NCBI GenBank assembly: GCA_964482745.1
Contig: CAYZZY010000003.1
Coordinates: forward strand, 1 to 33,781
Reading direction: 5' to 3'
Length of the DNA stretch: 33,781 bases
Source: an uncultured bacterium
Lineage (GTDB): Bacteria > Abyssobacteria > SURF-5
Within the stretch, counting starts at the first letter, position 1. Each line of letters begins with the position of its first letter. The position numbers and the translations under genes were made by a program. Shown here piece by piece: positions 20,051 to 26,456 of this stretch. A model generated the notes under the pieces. The model worked only from the letters and a program-made list of their open reading frames with translations. It did not search any database and was not told the DNA's origin.

Positions 20051-20878
20051 CTATTCGGCTTCGATAGCTTCCGGGAGCAGAACATCAAGGAATTCATCGG
20101 GAGGCACGTATCGAATACTCTTTGCCTCGATAGCATCTGCTCTCTGAAAAAGCCTTTCCAGCTCTTCGTTTTTCTCGGCGACTATCGTGCCGGTGGTCTC
20201 TATACGGTCCCTGAAGCCGTCGGCATCTTCCAAAGAGGGTGCATTGCTCATGGCTTCGCGGAGTGATTCCACGGCTTTTTCCTGATTGGCGATATCGGCC
20301 AGGAGGCTCTCTATCTCCTTCTCCATGTCCGAGAGTTCCTTTGCCGTTTCGGCGGTTACCCATAGGTGCTGGAACTTTTGGAGGCCTTTGCCCTTTTGTT
20401 CTTCTTCGAAGGCGCGACGGTGGCGCCACGCGCGTTCTCTCAGATCGAGTATCTCCTGCCTTTGTTCCGGCGTCATCCAATTATCTTCGAACTTCACCAG
20501 CCCCCGGGCTATCTGTTCCTCTTCGAATCGTCTGAGCGCCTCTTTTTTGGCCTCCATCGATTCCTTCTTCTTAAGTTCATCTTCCCTCCACTTCCTGCGG
20601 AGCGCCTGGTTCTCCTCCGGTGTAGCCTTGTCCACGAAATCGATTTTGTCGAGCCCCAGCGTAAGCATTCCCAACTCTGTCCTGAACGTGATTGAGGTGT
20701 CGGTCTCGTTGAGGACGACGGCGGTGCTCGAATGGCCGCTCTTGAAGTATATCTCGTCGGCTGATACCGGCAGGCTCAGAAAAGTGATGACAACCAAGAG
20801 GAAAATGGCGGTCGCAAGGCAATGTAACCTCAACCGGCCGGCTCCGGGCGGACCGGTTTTATCCATGTGTGCTGACAT
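20051..20878 (-). CDS. Exported coiled-coil protein with an internal duplicated motif, unknown function
   Basis: The tracked ORF starts at 20950. Starts at 20878 (MSAHMDK) or 20866 (MDK) precede a signal-peptide-like helix (LATAIFLLVVITFLSLPVSADE). The rest is Glu/Lys/Arg-rich coiled coil. It contains two copies of FEEEQ...GL.KF...W.T.E. Confidence 0.7.
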   Translation of the reverse strand: MSAHMDKTGPPGAGRLRLHCLATAIFLLVVITFLSLPVSADEIYFKSGHSSTAVVLNETDTSITFRTELGMLTLGLDKIDFVDKATPEENQALRRKWREDELKKKESMEAKKEALRRFEEEQIARGLVKFEDNWMTPEQRQEILDLRERAWRHRRAFEEEQKGKGLQKFQHLWVTAETAKELSDMEKEIESLLADIANQEKAVESLREAMSNAPSLEDADGFRDRIETTGTIVAEKNEELERLFQRADAIEAKSIRYVPPDEFLDVLLPEAIEAE

Positions 20879-21227
20879 ACTTCCCGATAGCCTCCTCCGC
20901 TGTTTCGTCCAAATCCGTAAAAAAGACGGCAATCTCATATTGAGTTCCATTGTCCTTGTGGAAAGGATCGCATCTTACAACCGTCCCTTCACACTGTACA
21001 CTGACCGGGTCACTCGATCGATCGGAGGGAGAATGACGGGGAGAAAGAACAAGGGTCATCGCCAGGCGAGTCATGTACTCAATGGGCCGACTCGTTCTGA
21101 AGCATAGACCGGACAGACTCAGGTCCTCGACCTGAACGTTCGACACCTCCGATCCGGCGCCTACCGTCAGACCGGGAACTCCCTTTGCGCGGGGGTGCTG
21201 TCGGCGTTCTTTTGTGGGCTTTGCCAT
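20859..21227 (-). CDS. Stand-alone PilZ-domain protein (putative c-di-GMP receptor)
   Basis: I prefer the ATG at 21227 (M15 of the tracked ORF), which has an AGGAAA RBS 7 nt upstream and lies 19 nt after the kinase stop. PilZ motifs RQHPR (RxxxR) and DLSLSG (DxSxxG) are present. Confidence 0.75.
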   Translation of the reverse strand: MAKPTKERRQHPRAKGVPGLTVGAGSEVSNVQVEDLSLSGLCFRTSRPIEYMTRLAMTLVLSPRHSPSDRSSDPVSVQCEGTVVRCDPFHKDNGTQYEIAVFFTDLDETAEEAIGKYVSTHG

Positions 21228-21246
21228 TGTAGGTTTCCTGTTTGGC

Positions 21247-23814
21247 CTATGGTTTGTCCAGCGCCTCAATCGCCTTCTTGATGTCCTCTATCAGGAATGG
21301 TTTTTCTATGATTGTGCAGTCCGTGGTGGCGCAGAAGCTCCTGAACTCTTCGCTAAGTGTATCCCCCGTCGAGAAAATCATTTTTTTTGAAAGCTCCGGG
21401 TCCTTTTCCTGGATTGCCCTGTACAGCGTCCTTCCGTCCATTCCCGGCATTTTCATATCGCAGATGATAACATTGAATCGGGAGGCAGCGATCTTCTGGA
21501 GCGCTTCCGTACCGTTGCAGGCTCTCTCTGCGCTCAGCCCCATCTGTGCCAGGATGTCCGTCAGCAGGTCGAGGATCACTTCTTCGTCATCGACGACCAG
21601 GGCGCGGATTGCCTGTGAACGAGAGCGTGACTGCTGCGTTCCCGGGAGTTCGGTTTCAACTGATTCCGCCCGGCCCCGCGCGAGCGGGAGTTGAATCTTC
21701 AATGTCGTTTCTTGATGCGGTATACTCTCGGCCGAGATCTGTCCCCCATGTCTCTGAACGATTCCGTATGCAAGGCTGAGGCCGAGGCCGGTTCCTTGTC
21801 CGGTCTCTCTTGTGGTAAAAAAAGGATCGAAGATTCTGGGCAGGTTCTCAGGCAAGATGCCGGGTCCGTCATCCGAGATGCATATGCGGACGCAGCCGTC
21901 ATATTCATCTGTCTCGGTCGTCATCTCGATAGTGCCGCCCCCGTTGCCTGATGCAAGGGCAAGATGGGCATTGTTGAGAATGTTCATAAGAACTTCCTGC
22001 AGTTGGCGGAAGTCCCCCATGACTTGCGGCGGGTCTTGCGCCAGGCGGGTGACATGTCGGATATCGCCCGAGTTCGCAGAGTGCTCTTTCAACTCGAGGA
22101 CGCTCCGAACAACAGCGTTGACGTCCACCAGCTCTTGTTGTGGTTTGTGATGGCGAGAAAAGCCCAATAGGTTCTGAACGATTTTTTTGCAGCGAAGCGC
22201 CTCACGCCCGATTTTTTCCAAATCGGGTCGAGACTCGGGGTCCTGGGTTGTCTCAAGCAGGAGTTGGGCATATCCGATGATGCCCGTCAGGGGATTGTTA
22301 AGCTCGTGTGCGATGCCCGATATGAGTCCGCTCATCGCGGAAAGCTTTTCGGTCTGGATCAGTTTTGCCTGTGTCGCTCTGAGCTTTGCCATCGAATCCT
22401 CAAGCTTTCGATTCGCCTCAAGAACCGATGCGTGCAGTTGCTGGAATTCCTCTTCGCGCTTGGTCTCCAGGGTTACGTCGCGCGCGATAGCCATAAGGCC
22501 CTTCAATTCGCCGTCTTCCTCAATCATGGAACTGTTGACTTCAAGATGAATCACTTCGCCCCTGGCATCCTCTATTCTTACGGGCATTATGTTGGTTCCA
22601 CCTTTTAGCCCGCCTGTCCAGCCTTCCATTATTACAGGCAGATCCTCAGGGCTTATGAGTTCCGAAAAGGGACGGCCAACCAAATCCTCCACCTTGTAAC
22701 CGGTGATTTCTTCGGCCCTTTTGTTTATCGATACAAAGCGCCCTTCAAGGTCGACGATAAAGATGATATCTATTGCGTTCTCGATCAGGTCCCGGTATTT
22801 CTTTTCCGATGCACGAAGTTCGCCAAGGAGTTCAGCGTTTCGCCATGCGACTGCGGCCTGATTGGCAAAAAGACTCAAGCTCTCGACCTCTTCCGGTGAG
22901 AATGTTTGCTTCGCTGCAAGGGCCACCGACATGAAGCCAAATGGCCTGCCGGATTCGAACATCGGGACGAGAAGCATCGCCTTGATGCCTATCTTCGACA
23001 GTAAGTCCGGCATGTTAACACGGGAATCGTGTTCTATATCAGCGCTGAAGATCGGTCGTTTTTCTGCCAGGGCTATCTCAAACAGACCGCTGATCCCTTC
23101 TTTCTTTTGTGGAGAGACTTTGAACGTGCCCAACAGGTCCGAGGCTTTCTCTTTGTCCAGTGTTTTAAAGGCATCGCCGGCCATTACGTGCCGGAGATGA
23201 AACGTATTGGTTGCCCTGTCCATCATGAATATGGCCACCATGTCGGCTGTGGTAACCTCCAGCACACTTTCGCATATCATCCTGAGGACATTCGTTGGAC
23301 CGATGGACGGATCCAGTATCTTGTGCATGACCTCATCGAAAAGATGGATCGACCCGGGTCTTTCAGGTATGTGAATGTTGTCGCCCGCGCCGCCGGCCCT
23401 GGATGTTGAGCGATCCGAAGAATAAGCGCCGGCTATGATCCCCCTCACCTCACAGAAGAAGTTGGCGGTCTGCAATAACTCCCCTGTGAGATTCTCATCG
23501 GTATGATCGTTCCTCAATGATTCAAGGACAGCCTTTTCGAGATCATCAAGGGCGGTAATCTGTTCGACGAAGCTGTGGGCGTTTGCGGCGTTGTCTGCAG
23601 CCGCCCCCAACCGGTCTTCCGTAGACACGTCCCCCTTGTCGCCGAGCGTCGACACCAAAGACGAGAAGACCGCTTCCTGGAGCGCGCTTAGGAGAGGAAC
23701 ACTTGCTGAAGCAGCGGGGATCGATGAAAAAATGCCGCGCTGCTTTTCGGTGAGGGTGCGATGTAGGCTCGCATGGGACATAAGGAAAAAGCTAAAAGAT
23801 AACCCCTTGAACAC
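21247..23814 (-). CDS. Cytoplasmic hybrid sensor histidine kinase (unassigned N-terminus, GAF, PAS, HisKA, HATPase, receiver)
   Basis: 855 aa with no TM segment. H-box SGIAHELNNPL, N box NILNNA, G boxes DDGPGI and GQGTGLGLS. The C-terminal receiver has LVVDDEE...ICDMKMPGMDG...EKPF. The start is uncertain (GTG 23814 or ATG 23781) and neither has a clear RBS. Confidence 0.92.
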   Translation of the reverse strand: MFKGLSFSFFLMSHASLHRTLTEKQRGIFSSIPAASASVPLLSALQEAVFSSLVSTLGDKGDVSTEDRLGAAADNAANAHSFVEQITALDDLEKAVLESLRNDHTDENLTGELLQTANFFCEVRGIIAGAYSSDRSTSRAGGAGDNIHIPERPGSIHLFDEVMHKILDPSIGPTNVLRMICESVLEVTTADMVAIFMMDRATNTFHLRHVMAGDAFKTLDKEKASDLLGTFKVSPQKKEGISGLFEIALAEKRPIFSADIEHDSRVNMPDLLSKIGIKAMLLVPMFESGRPFGFMSVALAAKQTFSPEEVESLSLFANQAAVAWRNAELLGELRASEKKYRDLIENAIDIIFIVDLEGRFVSINKRAEEITGYKVEDLVGRPFSELISPEDLPVIMEGWTGGLKGGTNIMPVRIEDARGEVIHLEVNSSMIEEDGELKGLMAIARDVTLETKREEEFQQLHASVLEANRKLEDSMAKLRATQAKLIQTEKLSAMSGLISGIAHELNNPLTGIIGYAQLLLETTQDPESRPDLEKIGREALRCKKIVQNLLGFSRHHKPQQELVDVNAVVRSVLELKEHSANSGDIRHVTRLAQDPPQVMGDFRQLQEVLMNILNNAHLALASGNGGGTIEMTTETDEYDGCVRICISDDGPGILPENLPRIFDPFFTTRETGQGTGLGLSLAYGIVQRHGGQISAESIPHQETTLKIQLPLARGRAESVETELPGTQQSRSRSQAIRALVVDDEEVILDLLTDILAQMGLSAERACNGTEALQKIAASRFNVIICDMKMPGMDGRTLYRAIQEKDPELSKKMIFSTGDTLSEEFRSFCATTDCTIIEKPFLIEDIKKAIEALDKP

Positions 23815-23844
23815 AAGGCAGAGTAAGGTTATTCATCACGCGTC

Positions 23845-23873
23845 ATTATAGCATAGGTGTATCGGTTTTTCCA
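23845..23873 (-). promoter_or_regulatory. Putative sigma70-type promoter for the signalling cluster
   Basis: On the minus strand: TGGAAA (23873-23868), a 17-nt spacer, then TATAAT (23850-23845). It lies in the 81-nt gap between the URO-D-family gene and the hybrid kinase. Confidence 0.35.
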
Positions 23874-23895
23874 AAGAGGCGGATAGGGAACAGGC

Positions 23896-24996
23896 TCAAT
23901 ACTTTCCGTATTCGAGGGCACACCGTAACATGGCGCGAATGTTCTCAGGTTTGGAGTTGGGCGGCGCCTCACATCCCGAACTGAGTATAAAACCGCCACC
24001 CGGCGCACAGTCATCGATGAGACGCTTGCACGCCTCCTCAACCTCTTCCCGCCCTCCGAATGCCAGGAGTACGGGATCGACGTTGCCCTTGATACAGAGT
24101 CTATCGGACAGTACCCGTTTTGCATGGCGCATGTCCGAAACATCGAGTTCCACGACCGCCGAGCCGGCGGGGAGGTCGGTGAAATATTCGAGAAGGGGAT
24201 CCCAATTGCCGTCCAGATGAAGAATGACGAGATACCCTGCCTTCGAATATGCCATGGCCTGTTCCTTAAGCCATGGCCATGCGAACTTTTCGAACATGTG
24301 CGGAGAAACCATTGAACTTGAGAATTTCAGGCAGGGAATGCAGATGTTCCCGGCTCCCAACCGTTTCGCAAGCCGAAGTGTGTTCCTTATGATAGCCTTG
24401 TTATATTTCTCGTTTATTTCGACCAGTTTTTCCGGGGTGTCTATCAGGTCGGTGAAGCCGTGGGCGCCTCTATAGAAGAGCATCAGTTCGGCCGGCAGAT
24501 ATGAGATTGCCTCCTGCCATGGCATCACATCATGGTTCTCCTTCCAGTATTTCATCCAGCGGAGGTGTCTGAGCAGGCGCCAGCTCATCGTTTTCAGGAC
24601 TTCCCACCTCCCGATCCTCTTGTATGTGCGCATGAATGAAAAACCATATCGGAGGACAGAGTCGTATACATCCGGACCGGCCTGCGAGGATTCCATAATC
24701 TGGGGCATCTCGGCGTCGAAAAACCGCCAATCATAATAGAGTGCGCTATAAAGGATCGGAAAAGGGGAGGAAAAGGCAAACCGCATTGGTGTCAGATTCA
24801 TCACATCAAAAAGGCCATCATAGTAATTGTAGGCTTCGAGGAAAGCCCTGTGGCATGCGTCGACATTCCACACGAAGTCCCGGATGGGGATATCAGCGAT
24901 TGCGGCGACATGGTAGATGGCGAACGGTGAGACCGGTACTCTATCGGGTTCCTTCAGGGCGATAGCGGCTGCTACTCGTTCGGCCGAATTCATCAA
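23896..24996 (-). CDS. Uroporphyrinogen decarboxylase (URO-D) superfamily protein, MtaA/methyltransferase-like, function uncertain
   Basis: 366 aa. The N-terminal EPDRVPV and the C-terminal GNVDPVLLAFGGREEVEEACKRLIDDCAPGGGFILSSGCEAPPNSKPENIRAM follow the family pattern. The central motif is ILHLDGN. Confidence 0.8.
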   Translation of the reverse strand: MMNSAERVAAAIALKEPDRVPVSPFAIYHVAAIADIPIRDFVWNVDACHRAFLEAYNYYDGLFDVMNLTPMRFAFSSPFPILYSALYYDWRFFDAEMPQIMESSQAGPDVYDSVLRYGFSFMRTYKRIGRWEVLKTMSWRLLRHLRWMKYWKENHDVMPWQEAISYLPAELMLFYRGAHGFTDLIDTPEKLVEINEKYNKAIIRNTLRLAKRLGAGNICIPCLKFSSSMVSPHMFEKFAWPWLKEQAMAYSKAGYLVILHLDGNWDPLLEYFTDLPAGSAVVELDVSDMRHAKRVLSDRLCIKGNVDPVLLAFGGREEVEEACKRLIDDCAPGGGFILSSGCEAPPNSKPENIRAMLRCALEYGKY

Positions 24997-25008
24997 GGTC
25001 GAGGCCGG

Positions 25009-25812
25009 TCAGGGCGACGATTGCCTGGCGGACGCCACGCAGAATCTGCTTACCTCTTCGAACAGGATGTGGCGATCCTTGTCAATAGGGGCCTTATGGC
25101 GACTTTGTGTGAGGTTGACGAGTCTTTTTTCTTTGCTCCCGACGGTATCAAAGATGTGTTTTCCGCTTTTTTTCCAGATAACATCATCATGGCGGGACTG
25201 TACAACAAGGATAGGCGCCTTCACGCGCTTGATCACCATCCGGGTTGCTTCCATCAACTCGACAAGGCGAATCACGCTTTGTGACGGATAGCTGTGGTAG
25301 CCCACCATGTACTCTGAGAGCGTCTTGTCGGAGAGGCTTGTCATCCCGAATTTCGGGAAACGCGCGCCAACTCTTGCGCCCAGTTTGGCCATCGTCTTCA
25401 TGGCTTTCTCGCCCAGACGACCGCCACGAGGAAAGACCGGCGCGCATATCGTAACGAGCCCTTCAATATCGCGCAAAGTGGCCAGTTGCAGGGCCAAAAG
25501 CCCGCCCATGCTGAATCCGGCCACGATAACCGAATCGCATTTCTCCTTAAGCTCTGTATATTCCTTCTCGACCATGCCGAGAAGTTTCTGGCCGGAGATG
25601 CCGGCGAAGTCGTTCAACGATGTCCCGTGTCCCGGAAGGGTGATACCTTTGGTGCTGATGCCTTTATTCCCGAGATATGTTCCCATCGGCTCCATCAGCG
25701 CCGCCGTATCACCGAATCCATGAACCAGAAGACAGCCGACCGGCCCGCGGACAAAAGAAAAAGCGGGGGATTTAAATCTCCCGCTTGACACCGATTCCGT
25801 CGTCGCAGTCAT
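25009..25812 (-). CDS. Alpha/beta-hydrolase fold esterase/lipase (carboxylesterase-like)
   Basis: 267 aa with an HGFGD oxyanion-region motif, the nucleophile elbow GFSMGG, and a downstream Asp (SRHDD) and His (QSRH) consistent with a Ser-Asp-His triad. Confidence 0.85.
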   Translation of the reverse strand: MTATTESVSSGRFKSPAFSFVRGPVGCLLVHGFGDTAALMEPMGTYLGNKGISTKGITLPGHGTSLNDFAGISGQKLLGMVEKEYTELKEKCDSVIVAGFSMGGLLALQLATLRDIEGLVTICAPVFPRGGRLGEKAMKTMAKLGARVGARFPKFGMTSLSDKTLSEYMVGYHSYPSQSVIRLVELMEATRMVIKRVKAPILVVQSRHDDVIWKKSGKHIFDTVGSKEKRLVNLTQSRHKAPIDKDRHILFEEVSRFCVASARQSSP

Positions 25813-25890
25813 GCAAACGCCTCACTCTCCCACATGGTACAGTTCGCACCGCCGAAGCAATCGAACAAGGCTGTGGACACGCCTTCGGAA

Positions 25891-26028
25891 CTAGTAGTAA
25901 TAATGTCCTCTGAAGAGGCCGACGTTTTTCATGAATTTGTAGGCGCCCATAAGGGCGGCGCCCACGATTACAGACATCGAGAACAAGCTCAGCACGATGG
26001 CAAATGAAAGGGCATAATTAGCATCCAT
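25891..26028 (-). CDS. Small (45 aa) hydrophobic peptide, absent from the ORF track
   Basis: My own minus-strand translation is MDANYALSFAIVLSLFSMSVIVGAALMGAYKFMKNVGLFRGHYYY*. A GGGAG RBS lies 7 nt upstream of the ATG at 26028. It is co-directional with the hydrolase gene and 78 nt upstream of it. Confidence 0.4.
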   Translation of the reverse strand: MDANYALSFAIVLSLFSMSVIVGAALMGAYKFMKNVGLFRGHYYY

Positions 26029-26456
26029 GTCTATACTCCCATCGGTCAGAAATCCCCAAAAACTCCCTGACGACGACCGATATGTTCATACATTGTAGAT
26101 CCAAATCCCATAACAATTTCACTGGTTCCAAAGTATAACAAGAAGCATGCCAGTCGTTCGGGAAGGATGCGGGAATGCATATCCTATTGAAAACAAAAAG
26201 GTTAGGAAGTTTGCCATGGGCGGCGGTGTCGTGCTTTATGAAAGCCGGTAGCTTTCTGATGGGTGTCGCCGTGACCTCGAACTTCAGAAATCATTGATTT
26301 CCATGGGCTTCTGTGTGCAATGGTGACTATGCATGGGTGCAATCTAATTATTGCGGAAAAGAGAGGCATTGCACCGGAGGCTTCGACTTTGCAGCCGTTT
26401 TCTTACAATATAGTGTGGCTGGAATTTTCCAGGTAAGACTATGTAGGGTGTCAATC

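Noticed and set aside
26321-26340. A sigma-54 (-24/-12) promoter reading of the shared ACTATGCATGGGTGC motif region (also at 31059-31073).
   Set aside because: The GG-to-GC spacing does not match the TGGCAC-N5-TTGC geometry on either strand in either copy. It is off by at least one position and the first copy lacks the GG.
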